The notes: generated from the letters alone by a model not told the origin. A DNA stretch of 64,000 nucleotides from Octopus vulgaris (GCA_951406725.2 OX597825.1:5890001-5954000), one strand, 5' to 3'; shown: positions 46,990 through 61,799, counted from the first letter of the stretch. Translations and numbers: made by a program.

Positions 46990-47950
46990 ATAGGATATCA
47001 AATGGTAATGCAGTACGACCGTTTCAAGCGGCTTCATTTAATTGAACAATGCAATTATTACATAAATTTAAACGCAGTGCTATATATAGTAAAAGAGAAT
47101 TTCGTTGAAGAGATTTTACCCACGTGGTGAGCTGTAGTGGATATATAATAAAATAAGGAAAATGCACATAATTTATATGTTTTTAATATATTTTAAATGA
47201 TAGACTATTATGACAGTCGACCGGTTTCGCGTTTCGGTAATCATGACATTGAAATTGGTGAAAATATTGTAATTACGTATTTTCTTAAGAGGTTTTTAGT
47301 CCCTAATGCTCGTATAAGAGTTTGTTTGTAAATCAATCAGCATGTAGAAAAAAATCTAATGAGAGGTAATTGGTGATTGTTATTATTCGTGACGGGGGAA
47401 TTGCACGTGGGGAGGGTGAATTTTTATAAACTCATGAGTTAAAGTAGTGAGATAAAATATGTTCAGTGTTGGTTATGCGTTCGTGTATTAAAATATTTAC
47501 AAAATCCAAAATTTGTCTTGCGTTCATATTCAGGTGCGGTTTGTATTTTTCAATAAATATATTTTCTAACTGATCTGATGGGGCATAATCGCAAAAGTAG
47601 TCAGAGTGATCTTTTTTTTTTTTCTTTCTAGCACTACTCAATCAATTTTTTTTAAATGTGTATAAAAATGTGCTCGTTAAATAATTCACGATTCTAAGGT
47701 TAACTTGTGGGGGGGGGTGTAAGCAACAATCTGACGGAAACGAAATACAGTATCATGTGATCTTTATAAGAAAAACGTGAACTTCCAGAATTGATATCAT
47801 GAAAGACTAGCAAAGTAGCCGGCCAATTTTCACAACAGTAATTTTTTGTATTCCATGTCAGGCCATGTCTTCCTCGACGAATAGGTCTCTTAACGAGAAT
47901 GGATTTGTACAATTTTTCGCAAAATTTCGTTGAGAATTTTTTTCCTTTTT
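46990..47950 (-). mobile_element. Degenerate Penelope-like element 3' end with two half-HHR motifs
   Basis: ORF end ENIFIEKYKPHLN (GIY-YIG E...I....P.LN). Downstream GAAACCGGUC (~47217-47227) and GAAACGGUCGUA (~47015-47026). Confidence 0.65.
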
Positions 47951-48036
47951 AAATTATTTACATGTCTCTTCGACCCTTTTACGTGACTTTATTCATTAGA
48001 ACTAATCAAAACGTCAGAACTTCTTACAACTTTCGC

Positions 48037-48140
48037 CGTCGTAATTTTTTGCTTTCATTTTGTTTAATTAAAATTCATCGTCGTAATTTTTTTGCTTTCA
48101 TTTTGTTTAATAAAAATTCATCGTCGTAATTTTTTTGCTT
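48037..48140. repeat. ~43-bp tandem repeat x2.5
   Basis: cgtcgtaattttttgctttcattttgtttaat.aaaattcat. Confidence 0.85.
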
Positions 48141-48409
48141 TTTTTTGTGATTCGCAGCTATCACGCACAAAAATGCCTGCTTCCAAATCCTGTTTTCTGA
48201 TTCTAGAAAAATGATCAAACTTTAAAACTCAGTAACATCTTTCTACAATTTTTCTGGAATAAACTAAGAACAGAATCGAACTCAGCGTGAAAAAATTACA
48301 TCAATATTACAAATTTGAAAATTTTCACTTAATTCTAACATTTCAAATGTATGACAGCAGCAGAAAAAAACCTGAGAGAAGTAGACACACAGACAATTAT
48401 AAGACACCA

Positions 48410-48447
<38 letters not shown>

Positions 48448-49121
48448 AATACATGCATTCTCATTATATAGTAGACGTGTGTGTGTGTGTGTCTATGAGT
48501 GTGTGCGTATGTATGTGTGTCTATGTGCATGTATGCGTGTGTGTGTGAGTGTTTCTTTCTGATCGATAGTAGAAGTATTGCATGTGAACAGCTGTTGTCG
48601 ACTTACCAACCCTCCTCCTCTCACCTTAAAACTACGTTTTCCTCCCACCATCTTCCATTTCATTCAGTAGTTTAAAAGCTACTTATGTGTGTGTGTGTGT
48701 GTGTGTGTGTATTGGTGTGTGGTGTGTGTGTGTGTGAATGTGGTGGGTGAATGTGTGAGTGGTGTGTGTATGTGCATGTACCTATATATTTACATACGCA
48801 TGCATACAGTGTCTATTGTAATATATATTCATCATTTACCAAACCGCACCAACCGCTTGTAAATCTCCAACTTTCCCCTTACCCATCACATTCAAGTTCA
48901 CGGCAACTCAGACTACACCTCACATTTTCCTTATACAAGAGTTTTATCAGTTATAGGCTTAATGGATGCCAATTTATTTTCCCATTTCTTTTTCAACATG
49001 ACTACATCGTCTTCTCAGTGCGGTTGAAACCGGTAGCTGCTTAGTTAAAAATGTTAATGGTGTGTTTATTTTTTCCGTGATGAAGCTCTCAAAGCATTTC
49101 CGACATTTTTTATTTCAATAT

Positions 49122-49155
<34 letters not shown>

Positions 49156-49339
49156 ATCTAATGTTCCGTGTGTTAACAAGGGCTTCCTAACGCCAAATTA
49201 AATTTCATACAATCAAGACAACCTTGTCCCGAAGAGTAGTCTGCACTACACACCTCGTTTAGATATTTACTACTTCTGAGGTTCCGATCGCTTTAAACAT
49301 ATGTAGCCCAGACTTTATCTACTTCATTGCTTAACTCTT

Positions 49340-49505
<166 letters not shown>

Positions 49506-49641
49506 ATATATATAACTTATAAATAAGGGCTAAAGAAAATTATTTGTATGCCAATATGCTGTTAACAGACTTTTAAATCGTCAATTTCCACACATTATTT
49601 ACTCGCTACAGAAAAACACGAAGAGCTGAAATCGAGGGATT

Positions 49642-49705
<64 letters not shown>

Positions 49706-50667
49706 TGTCTGTGTTTGTCCCTCTACCATTGCTTGACAACTGATGTTGCTGTGTTTATATCCTCATAACTTCGGCATAATACCCGATAGAATATGTACTA
49801 GACTTACAAAGAATAAAACCCGCGCTCGATTTGTTCGACTAAAGACGGTGCTCCAGCATGGCCGCAGTCAAATGACTGAAAGAAATAAAAGAATATAAGT
49901 GAATTATTATATAAGAATATAATTTTTTGGCCGTCAAATATTTTACATATTGTTTCAAAATGATGAAGTGTTTTTTTGTTGAGAATCTACTTAATTAATT
50001 CTTATTACCTAAACTGCTCATTCTACGCCCATCACGTGCTTCTTTTTACATATAGATACATATATATATTAATGGTCAACATTGTTTTGGTACAATAAAG
50101 GAGTAGAATTTACATTGGAATAGTGACACAAAAACATTATTTGCGATGAATATGAACGATATAAAACTGAAAGTATATAACATCATGGCAAGATCACGTG
50201 GCCATCATATAATTGGTTGACGTCAGATTCAATCATATTTATACGAATAACATCATACTTACATTCTCTCGCGTACATTGACATGCGTGTGTGTATATAT
50301 ATATCATCATCATCATCATCATCCAGTGTTTGAAATCAGGGTTTTGCCCCTGTTAACTGGGGTGGCCGGTTCTACCTCAATGCCATAGCAACCGAGGTAG
50401 GCAAGTGCAGCCTATTCCCAACCTTTGGGCGGGCGGGCAGGCTGGTACCCATTTTCCTTTGCTATTTTGGGAGGTTTTTTTGGAGCTGGATTTTCTCCGG
50501 GGAGCATGTCTTTGCTTACCCACCAACATCGGTTTCTAGACATGAGTGGTCTCGAGACCAAGACCTCAACTACGATTTTTAAGAAATGTGCTGAGAAACT
50601 AGCTCAGGAAGGCAGGGACGCTATTCCATGAGACCCCTTTCGGAGCCCTCCTACCTATATATATATA

Positions 50668-50717
<50 letters not shown>

Positions 50718-51494
50718 GACATTCAGATTTATTATATATGTTTAATTTTAGCAAGCTTTTCAACAACACAGTCACACCAGAGCCTACTTATAACCAGAAT
50801 TTTATGATCCCTAATCAACCAAAATTTATAGAATTTCAAACAAAATCTATTTTTACAGTTCCTGGTTACCTCTTTCTTACATTCTGTAATCAATTTTGTC
50901 TTTAATCCTTCTACGATAAATAAAACATTGTATTCGATGGCATAAAAACACATGGATATGTAAGATGTACTCCATGTTCAGGACAAAATGTTTCAGTTAC
51001 GTCAAAACTTATAGAAGGCTCTTAAGACCCAGGGTGATTTTTGAGACTTCTTTAAAAGCAAAATGTGTGTCTTATAAGCCATCAAATACAGTAAGTAATA
51101 GTCAAGTGCTGATCAATTTAACCGATTGTCCCCACCACCACCACCTGACCCATATTTAGTCTATTACCTATTTTTGAAAATCAGTATGTTCGCATTAATC
51201 GAAGCCATTATATCATGAGAGTCCATTCTCTTAACCGTCTGAAATTTGAACAGCAAACCACGATTAGCCTGCGCAGGTGCATAAGTACTCGTAGAGTATA
51301 TACGAACGGTACGCTAAATGAACTAATTGTATGGCGAACAGTTTTTCGGAACAAAATTTTATTTAACCTACGAACTGAAATTTGAACAACGAACCATGAC
51401 TAGGCTATGCGCGCATATAAGTGGCTGGGAGAACGTGCACAAAAGGTTCGCTAACGCCCATGTACGCATTTCAAGTAGCTTGTACATTTTCACA

Positions 51495-51649
51495 TTTTAT
51501 ACAGAAGATAATATTTTTCATATTTTTTGCTAAAAACATAACCATGGATCGATGGATCGACAGAAGGAAGATAAAGGAAAATATCTCACGCATGCATACA
51601 CACACACACACACATAAACACGCACATACACATACACAAATACATATGT

Positions 51650-51687
<38 letters not shown>

Positions 51688-51704
51688 GTGTATATATATC
51701 TATG

Positions 51705-51735
<31 letters not shown>

Positions 51736-51954
51736 GAATATATATGTATATATGTATACATATATATTTGTGTATGTGCATATGTGTTTGTGTGTGTGTC
51801 TATACATATAGATTTTATACAGAAGATAATACTTTTCATATTTTTTGCTAAAAACATAACCATGGATCGATGGGTCAATAGAAGCAAGATAAAGGAAAAA
51901 ATCTCACGCATGCATACACACACACACACACATAAACACGCACATACACATACA
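51495..51954. repeat. Local tandem duplication (~140-bp unique part, period 318 bp)
   Basis: ttttatacagaagataata...catacacataca at 51495 and 51813. Confidence 0.9.
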
Positions 51955-51990
51955 GGAATACATACATATATAGACACGGGTGTGGTGGTG

Positions 51991-52230
51991 AACCCTGCTG
52001 TACTCTCTCAGCACATCTTTCGCTCACTCTTTCTTCCTGTTTCAGCTGTACCTGTATTTCGAAGGGCCAGCCTTGTTACACTCTGTGTCACGCTGAATCT
52101 TCCCGAGAACTACGTTAAGGGTACACATGTTTGTGGAGTGCTCAGCCACTTGCACGTTAATTTCACGAGCAGGCTGTTCCATTGATCGGATCAACTGGAA
52201 CACTCATCGTCGTAACCGACGGAGTACCAA
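51991..52230 (+). mobile_element. SINE family C 3' part
   Basis: Reverse complement of 57417-57650. Confidence 0.8.
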
Positions 52231-53570
52231 CAACTATATATATACATATACGTGTGTGTGTGTGTGTGTGTGCTATTGACTGATGGACAAATAGGACATC
52301 ATCTTATTCTTTTATGTCGTGTTTAAGTGTGGCTTGGAACGGTTTACCCCTATTTATATGCATTTCAATAACTCGTGTAACAGACAATTTGGTTAACGAA
52401 CACGGTTCCGAATTCTGTTCGTATATCGAGACTCCACTGTACTACTCTAAGTTTGAATGCCTTTGACTTGAAAGGAAATTGTTGAAAACAAAAGACGAAT
52501 TTAGAAGAAAGTGTATTGGTGAATTATTAAAGAGATTTACAGATTGTAACAAGTAAGTATGGTAAAGTCAATTGATAGACATGAAAGTATAATATAAAGG
52601 CTTAGATGAATGAGAAGCTATTGATTTCAAACATACACACAAGATTAAATATTCGGCAGGGACCAATCGATTAAATTGATCTCAGTTCTCGTCTGGTGCT
52701 TATTGATTCCAAACATAAACACGGCTAAATACTAGGAAAGGAACAATTGGCTGTTATCTCACTACAAATGCCCAACACATGATCACATGTAATTCAACGG
52801 TCCCTCTCTCTCTCTCTCCCAGGACTCTGTAACTCTTTCAAGTCAGCCAATTGGCTGGAGTTTCTCTGGTCCTTTGTGCCAGATATCATAGATTCAAATA
52901 CCTTCTATTTGTGTGTAGAAAACTAGCGCAAAATGTATGAACAAGTATAAATTTAATTGGATCATTAGATATAATTTTAAAATATAAGAGAGTTGAATAT
53001 TTAACTAAAATCCACTAAAAGATTCTGTAAAAAAGAAAAAGAGTTCAGAGTAAAGGTCCCCAGAATGGTTTATACCGATCCCTAGGTCGATAAGACTACT
53101 TTTGGGTGTCAGTAAATATCGGAGCGTTGAAAAGTAATCGAGTGAAATTTTGCAGTCGAAACCTGACGTTCACTAAAGCAATTTAGAGAAAAAAGCATAT
53201 AAAACAACAGAATGAAATGCAATTTGTCGATACAGATTTCTGATTTATATATAATTAGTTTCTATTGTCTGTTCCATATTGTTTCTTAGAACATAATAAA
53301 TTAGATGTTATTAGGTGAAATTTTATAATTAGTTGGAATCACAAGACAGTAAAACATACGTAATTTTTGTTACCACAGAAATGAATTGACTTTGGCTTTA
53401 TTCATATTCTCTATAGTTTTTGTTTTTGTATTCAATAATTAGGTTATAAGCATTGTAGTCTTGTAACATCTGGAAATATTTTGGTTTAGCCTTAGCTTCA
53501 TTTTCTAGAATTCAGTGAAAATTTTGATTGCGATACTGCGAGGATGAAAGTCACAACTGGGTCATTTTCT

Positions 53571-53805
53571 TATTTCTTTATTGCCCACAAGGAACCAAAC
53601 ATAGAGGGGACAAACAAGGACAGACAAACGGATTAAGTCGATTATATCAACCCCAGTGTGTAACTGGTACTTAATTTATCGACCCCGAAAGGATGAAAGG
53701 CAAAGTCGACCTCGGCGGAATTTGAACTCAGAACGTAGCGGCAGACGAAATACCCGCTAAGCATTTCGCCCGGCGTGCTAACGTTTCTGCCAGCTTCCCG
53801 CCTTA
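53571..53805 (-). mobile_element. SINE family B with 13-bp TSD
   Basis: TGGGTCATTTTCT at 53558-53570 and 53806-53818. Confidence 0.92.
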
Positions 53806-53949
53806 TGGGTCATTTTCTGTGCTAAGCCATTATGTTGGGACACAGTAGTGACTATCAATAAATACTCAACACCCTTAGCTATGAGAGAGGAACCAGTAAA
53901 CTTACTGTGTAAACCGAGCAAAATTTTTTAAATACGTTTTTGCATTAGT

Positions 53950-54747
53950 TGATATTACTAAGAAGCAAAGACGATATTTGAAGAAGTATTTGAAATTTGG
54001 ACCCTTATCTTCGTTTACTAATACAACTATGGGCTTGCTATATGAAACGCCTTGCTATTATAACGCCAAGAAATCTCTGATGATGAAAGACTACCTCGAA
54101 AGGGTTCTCTCTGGTGAGTAAAATAGAGATCTTGATTTTCTAGAGATGAATAAAAAAATCTTTAGAAATCGACTAAATCTCTAAAGACATGTTTTAAAGC
54201 CTCCACCAGTGTTGATGATGAAAAAGGACTCCGTTAGTATCGCAAAGAAATGATAATCGCATGACATTGATGAGGAGATCATCATACCAGTAATTAGAGA
54301 AGTGACTGAGATTATTATAACGAAAGACTCTCAGTCTGTTCTAAAATGCATGCGTGATGATGAAATGACCGATAATGCGGAGAAAGCTTTAGTATCTGAT
54401 TTTCAACAATACGAGCTTTCAGTCGAAAGCGATGAGTCAACTTTCCGTTAGTTTAAATATTCTTCTGGCATATGTGAGATAATGCAGTCGAAGTCGTTGT
54501 TATTTGAGCACCATTGTGCATAAAAGGCAAATTTTTGTTTGATGTGAACAGCGAAACAACTTCGAGAAGATGCGAATAGGCGCAGGAATGGCTGTGTGGC
54601 AAGTAGCTTGCTTACCAGCCACATGGTTCCGGGTTCAGTCCCACTGCGTGGTACCTTAGGCAAGTGTCTTTTACTATAGCCTTGGGCCGACCAAAGCCTT
54701 GTGAGAGGATTTGGTAGACGGAAATTGAAAGAAGCCTGTCGTAAATA

Positions 54748-54796
<49 letters not shown>

Positions 54797-55597
54797 ATAT
54801 ATGTGTGTGTGTTTGTGCGTCTGTGTTTGTCCCCCCAACATCGCTTGACAACCGATGCTTGTGTATTTACGTTCCCGTTACTTAGCAGTTCGGCAAAAGA
54901 GGAGCCGATAGAATAAGTACTAGGCTTACAAAGAATAAGTCCTGGGGTCGACTTGCTCGACTAAAGGCGGTGCCCCAGCATGGCCGCAGTCAAATGACTG
55001 AAACAAGTAAAAGAGTAAAAGAGTATAAGTGAAACAGCTTTTCATTGTTTAGAAAAGAATTGAAAAAAATGCGATGTTCTCTGGAATATTGCAGGAGTTG
55101 CTAACTGTTGTGCACCAGACATTCTTCTTTATTAGAGATGATGTGCTGCCATGCACAAGAAAAATATCCCCAACATACACACTGTTCATCGTGTGTTGCA
55201 CAAGACACCACCTCCATGTTGATTTGATAATCAACCAATCAAATTAAAGCACATCCTTTCGATTCACAACCGTTTGCAATCTATTGTAGAGGTAAGATGA
55301 TTGTCAAGAGGTGACATCTTTTGCTTATACAGGATCATTGCTGTGTAACAAGTTGACAAGTAGAGGAAGCATTCGTGCTATTTGTCAGCTCTTTATTCAA
55401 AATTTTAATGCAGTACCGAAGCGTTTTCAAGGTGAAGATGTTTTAGTTATTCAGGCGTAGACAATCTTAATGAACTTCAAAGTCAAACTGGGCGTATTTA
55501 AATTTAAACTGGCACGTAGAGACTTTAAGCATTTGTCAAACTTACGGCAACTGGAAGAAGGAGAAAGTGAAAACATTTCAGATCGTGAACTGGGTAC
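53950..55597 (+). pseudogene. hAT (Charlie/Buster-type) transposase relic interrupted by a SINE
   Basis: Frame-broken fragments KYLKFG, EEIIIPVIREV, DEMTDNAEKAL...DESTF, HTVHRVLH (HCxxH region), IKAHP and KLARRDFKHLSNL. Confidence 0.75.
54579..55024 (+). mobile_element. SINE family A, full length (reference copy)
   Basis: tRNA-like head (A-box tggctgtgtgg, B-box gggttcagtccc), ccttaggcaagt CORE-like block, central (TA)/(TG)n and (aaaagagt)n tail. Confidence 0.9.
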
Positions 55598-55608
55598 ACA
55601 CACACACA

Positions 55609-55642
<34 letters not shown>

Positions 55643-55650
55643 AACACACA

Positions 55651-55701
<51 letters not shown>

Positions 55702-56302
55702 ACACATACACACACACGCACGCACACTAACACACGCAGGCATGCACACACACAAATTAACATATATACATACACATAAATGCATACATAAATACATATA
55801 CATCATGCATAGAGAAAAATACAGACAGAGGGTGACAGAGAAATACGCACCTATATAATGTGTGTGTATTATATATATAAATATACACATACATTTCGTT
55901 TTTGGATTTGGTTTGCAAGATTCTTTATGTGAGTTCGTGTGTTGAAGCATATTCTGTTGTGTCTGGGCAGAGTCATTTTCTTTTTGTGAAGATATCTGAT
56001 TTACGCAGTAAATACTTTAAATTTCACAGTGGTGAGCACAGACTCAAAAATTCCCTTACAAAAGATATAATCACCCCAATAACCTTTTTAGTCGAGGCAT
56101 TAAAATACCAACTCTTTGTTGCTGATATAATATATATTTTATATAATATATCATTATTAATATCAGGAAATCAGTATTAGAAAATTCCTCACAAAGACAT
56201 ATACGTGTGTAAAATAATTGTTGAATTAAAAATAAAAATATATATAAATATATGTAAATATATAATAATGACAGTTAAAAGTTTTGAATTAAAATTTTTA
56301 AA

Positions 56303-56396
56303 CCATCTTACGATCGTTTCGCTGAAGTGCTGTCCCTATAATGGAATCCTATATTGATAAGCATTTATATACAACTCTTCTGCTCTTCGGGGATAT
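56303..56396 (-). ncRNA. Hammerhead motif, U4C variant
   Basis: Reverse complement: UAUCC-CCGAAGA-GCAGAAG...CUUCAGC-GAA-ACGAUCGU-A-AGAUG. Confidence 0.65.
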
Positions 56397-56920
56397 AAAA
56401 TTTGAATTTTGTATAATATATTGAATGGTAGTTTTTTTTTTAAATATATGAAGTAATATAGGAAAATGGTGTTTGTTTGAAATATAAAATAGAATTTAAA
56501 ATTACTGCTTTTGATTTTGGTAAGTACACTTTAGTATGAAAGTCTTTAAATCCATATATGCTTGCTTGGAATTTCTTCTGTAATAATCCATAATAATTAT
56601 GTATAAAATCCATTATATTGTCTTGTATTCCAAATATAGTTCATAGACTTAGATAATATAGAATAATGGAATCCTATATTGATAAGCATTTATAGATAAC
56701 ACTTCTGCTCCTCAGAAATATCAAATGTAAAATTTGTATAATAATAACGAATGGTAGTTTTTAAAAAATTATGAAGTAATATGGGAAAATGGTGTTTGTT
56801 TGAAATATAAATTAAAAATTAAGAGTTACTGCTTTTGATTTTGGTAAGATAGCTTTAGTATGAGAATCTTGAAATTCATATATTCCTCCTTGGTAAGTCT
56901 TCTGTAGTAATCCATAATAG
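56338..56920 (-). repeat. Diverged tandem duplication (~325-bp period) of an HHR-bearing terminal repeat
   Basis: taatggaatcctatattgataagcattt... at ~56339 and ~56665. The second unit has CUGAGGA but lacks the GAAA half. Confidence 0.8.
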
Positions 56921-57251
56921 CTGATATAATCAAATTAAATAAATTCCTTTGCTAATGAAATCGAACTTTAATTTCTAGCTTCCAGAAATGAAATCATTTT
57001 CCCAAAATGCCATCGAAATACGATGTCAAAAGGAGCAGAGAACCAAGAAGTTCGCCTGCTACTGCCTGGTTTCGGATTCAGTTCCATTGCGTATCCCATC
57101 AGACAGGTGTTTTCTACTATAGCCCTGGGCCGTCTAATGCCTTGTCAGTGAATTTAGTGGGCAAAAGCTGGCCATCGAATATACGTTTATGTATGTGTAT
57201 TTATGTGCATGAGTGAATATGTCTTTGTGTATCTGTGAATACGTATATATG

Positions 57252-57283
<32 letters not shown>

Positions 57284-57345
57284 TACATATATATATCCGC
57301 TATATATGTATATCTACATATATATACATATATATACATATACAT

Positions 57346-57392
<47 letters not shown>

Positions 57393-57416
57393 ACCACTAA
57401 AAATTTCATATATATA

Positions 57417-57771
57417 CTACGGCACTCCGTCGGATACGACGATGAAGGTCCCAGTTGATCCGATCAACGGAACAGCTTGCTCGTAAATTAACGTGCTGAG
57501 CACTCCACAGACACGTGTACCCTTAACGTAGTTCTCGGGGAGATTCAGCGTGACAGAGAGTGTGACAAGGCTGACCCTTTGAACTACAGGTACAACAGAA
57601 ACAGGAAGAAAGAGTGAGAGAAAGTTGTGGTGAAAGATTGGTTCGTCACCAACCCCTGCCAGAGCTTCGTGGAAATTTAGGTGTTTTCGATCAATAAACG
57701 CTCACAACGCCCGGTCTGGGAGTCGAAACCGCGATCCTATGACCGCGAGTCCGCTGCCCTAACCACTGAGC
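57417..57771 (-). mobile_element. SINE family C with tRNA-Arg(TCG)-like head
   Basis: Reverse complement starts GGCTCAGTGGTTAGGGCAGCGGACTCGCGGTC...GGTTTCGACTCCC. Confidence 0.82.
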
Positions 57772-57816
57772 CTCCACACACACACACACACACATAAACA
57801 TATATATATATATATA

Positions 57817-57946
57817 GGGAGAATATACAAAAACAAACAAGATGAAGACAGGTGGTGTAGACAACAAACAGATGTATTAGTATAACGCTTGGGAAGTGAA
57901 AAAGTCTTTAACGTTTCGAGCATACGCTCTTCCACAGAAAGGAACG
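57817..57946 (-). mobile_element. Family H copy 5, variant HHR 57906-57941 (CUGUGGA)
   Basis: Reverse complement: CUUU-CUGUGGA-A-GAGC-GUAU-GCUC-GAAAC-GUU-AAAG. Confidence 0.8.
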
Positions 57947-58577
57947 AATCCTCCCTGTATATATGTGTGTGTGTGTATGTGTGTGTGTGTAAAATATGAT
58001 ATATATGAGTACGTTTGTATTTCTCTGTGTGTGTGTGTGCGTGTGTGTGTGCGTGTGCGTGTGTGTTTGTGTGTGTGTGTGTTTCTTTGTGTTTGTGTTT
58101 ATCACCGTGCCCGACGCTTGACAACTAGGCCTGGTTTGTTTTCGTCTCCCGTAAATATTTCGATAGAACAAGCTTTCTGCTAAACCCTTTCATGCGGAAC
58201 CCAATGTGGCCGCAGTCCAATGGCCGAAAGAAGCAAAATTCTAAAGGAATATACAACGCCAGGTTGGAATCGTTCACACAAAGACCCAGTCACACATAAC
58301 CACATATAAAAAGGTGGGAGTGAGACGTGTCTCGTCTTATAATAAAAATGGCCTACTTTCGGCAGAGAAATAGACAGAATTGTTCCTCCATCAAAGCATG
58401 TGGAACTTTAAGACAAATGCCATATAAATTCCAGGAATAACTTCGTAGGCAATCTTTTGTACGAGCTTTGTCTGCGATTTGAATACGTTGCTTGTCAATA
58501 TTAGATGGAAATATAATACTCGAGCGCGTAAACATATAAGATACATTCACATACACGTTCACAACGCAACCATGCAC

Positions 58578-58617
<40 letters not shown>

Positions 58618-58745
58618 AGACATAGACACATGCCATCACTGACTTACATTGCATAAAGAATTCTATAGAAACGTTTAGTTAGTGGAATAGAAACGAAAAG
58701 TTTGGCAAATGTGTACACTTGTGCATGTGTGTGTGTGTGTGTGTG

Positions 58746-58791
<46 letters not shown>

Positions 58792-58877
58792 TGTGTATGT
58801 GTGTGTGTGTGTGCATGTGTGTGTGTGCATGTATGTGTGCATGTGTGCATGTGTGTGTGTATGTGTGTGTGTGTGCA

Positions 58878-58930
<53 letters not shown>

Positions 58931-60085
58931 ATGTGTGTGTGTGTGTGTGCATGTATGTGTGCATGTGTGCATGTGTGTGTGCATGTGTGTGTGTGTGTGT
59001 GCATGTGTGTGTGTGTGTGTGTGTATGTGTGTGTGTGCATATTTTTATAAGTCTCTGTGTCTATGGCAATCCTACCATATTACTTTTACGTTCACTCGTC
59101 CATTGATGCTTGATATAATAATAGTTAACATTACCAATACAACAAACGTGTGCTCTATAAATGCCTTAAGCTGCGGTTTTTCGTCCGGAAAAAATCCCGG
59201 TCGAATGAGTTTGCATCTTTTGACATCATATCTCAATGGCGTTTTGGGAAAGACTTTTCACTTCTGGAGGCCAGAAACGGAGTTCAATTTCATTAACGTC
59301 TCATGTCTCGTATTGAAAGGAATTTGCTGGATCGCTTAAAATCTGATTATTTTAAGGTACAAAAAAAGCTGATATTTCAATTCATAGAATTAAAAGAAAA
59401 GCATAGTGTAAACTTCAGATCTAGGCGAAGCGAATTCCACGCAAGGTAATAGTTGCCCATGGCCAAATATGAATTTTTCAGAATATTGAAAATGAACGAC
59501 ACCGCTTGTATGACAGTGACATTCATTTACAACTACCATTCGATGTCAAGACAAAGGGACACAAACACACATACACACACACATATGTATATATTCATTC
59601 AGGCACACACACACTTACACACACACTCACACACACACACACACACGCACGCACATACACACACAACGAGCTTCTTTCAGTTTCCGTTTCCCAAATCCAC
59701 TAATAAGGTGTTGCTTGGCATAGGACTGGAATAGAAGACACTTGTCCGAGGTGTCCTACAGTGGAACTGAACCTGAAGCCATTTGGTTTAGTTTTTGCTT
59801 CACCGTTTTCAGGCATACACACAATCATAGTATTTAGTGTAAACATGTAAATGTAAACACTGAAACATCGTCATAAGTTTTCCGACCCCAGAAGTGAAGA
59901 CGTTTAAACAACGCACACACGTTAAGAATATGGCATTCTTAATGTTTACATTATAAAGCAGCTTCTCTTACATAATTTGGGTTTATAAATGCTGATACCG
60001 AAAGAATATCATCTTTTCATCAACTTCCCACAATTATATTCAGCATAGCTTATACTATTTATTATCATTATTATATGAAAGAGAA

Positions 60086-61390
60086 AGGCAGCGAGTTGGC
60101 AGAAACGTTAGCACGCCGGGCGAAATGCTGAGCGTTATTTCGTCTGAGTTCAAATTCCGCTGAGGTCGACTTTGCCTTTCATCCTTTCGGGGTCGATTAA
60201 ATAAGTACCAGTTACGCACTGGGGTCGACATAATCGACTTAATCCGTTTGTCTGTCCGTGTTTGTCCCTTCTGTGTTTAGCCCCTTGTGGGTAGTAAAGA
60301 AATAGGTATTTCGTCTGTCTTTACGTTCTGAGTTCAAATTCCGCTGAGGTCGACTTTGCCTTGCATGCTTTTGAGGTCAATGAAATTAAATACTTAGTGA
60401 TCGCCTAACATCTTTTCCTATGAGATTGCGGACCTTGTGTAAAATTTTGAAACGTTTATTACTGGAAGGTGAATGTCGGCGAGCTGGTGAAATCGTTTAA
60501 ACGTCGAGAAAGTGCTTTGCAACATTCGTTCTTACTCGTTAGCATCTGAGTTCAAATCCCGCAGTAGTCAACTTTGCCGTTCATTCTTTCGATAAAATAA
60601 AGTACCAGTAGAATACTGGATCCGATTGTATCAACTACTGTGCCATTCCTCAGAATGACTAATTTCTTGTCTAAATTCGAAACCATTATTAGAGGAAACT
60701 GAAAGATCGTACTTTGGTAGAATTGATGGAACTTGGGGAAAATGCTTTGTGGCATTTGTTCGGGTCCTTCAGGTTCTGAGTTCAAATCCCGCCGTAATCA
60801 AGCCAGCCGTTCATCCTATCGGGGTCGATAAAATAAAGTATCAGTCAAGTACTAAAGTACTCTTCTCAAAATTGTTTTAAATTTTGGCTCAAGGTCAGTA
60901 ATTTTAAAAGGATAGGATTAATGGATGCCATTGACCTCAATACTTTATGAATTTTTTTTTAACCCCGTAAGAAAGAAAGGTGAAGTCGACCTCGATGGAA
61001 TTCGAATTCAGAACGTTCTGCGAGAGGAAATACCGCTAAGCATTTTGCCCTGTATGCTATCGATTCTCCCAGCTAGCTGGCTTTCTGCAAATTTGTTGGC
61101 CGTGTGCCTAAATGAGAAGCAACGATTAGAAGCAGTGAACGCATTGTTCTCATAGCAATCAGAGTGGCGAACAGACAGAGTCCCTAGAACGTTGAATAGA
61201 ATGTTGCGATAATTGTTCCGATCATCTGCACTCTAAGTTCAAATCGCGCCGGGGTCATCTTCGCTTTTCATCCTTTCTGGGTCAATTACAAATGTACCAA
61301 TCTAAGACGGTAACCTGGCGGAAATGTAAGACAGTCGGACTAAATGCGGTATCTGTTCCGGCTCTTTTAGTTCCAAGTTCTAATCCTGCC
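60086..61390 (+). repeat. Second cluster of SINE-B units (one young, several degenerate, one inverted)
   Basis: Units at ~60086, 60305, 60476, 60713, 61165 and 61315 (+), and ~60900-61080 (-). Confidence 0.75.
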
Positions 61391-61799
61391 ATTGCCCACT
61401 TAGGTGGTAAATTTAATCTGTTGCCCGGTTTAACAGTACCACCTGAGACTTAAGATGCTTAATGCGGATTACACCTTGTTGCAAGCTCTCGGATTAGATC
61501 TCTGGCTTAAGGATGCCTTCTTCCTTTCCTTCCACCAATCTCGGAGATTCTTTAGAATCATAGGTGCCGCTTCCCTCCTGACTAAAAGATGAAATAAAGT
61601 GGTTGGTATCTCTAAAGAGAATAAAATTATTAAGCTTTAGAAAATATGTAGTAATACCAGAAAAAAAACACGGTTGATACAAGAATTTAGACAGCAGAAT
61701 AGAAGAGGTAGTTAGAAATGGCATCACGACAAACGGCGAAAATGCTGCTCAGAGAATTCTTCTGCGCAAAACAAGAAAGTTACATTGTCAGATCTAAAA

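Noticed and set aside
57700-57771. tRNA-Arg-like sequence as a tRNA gene
   Set aside because: It continues into a SINE body that is repeated at 51991, and there is no proper acceptor stem.
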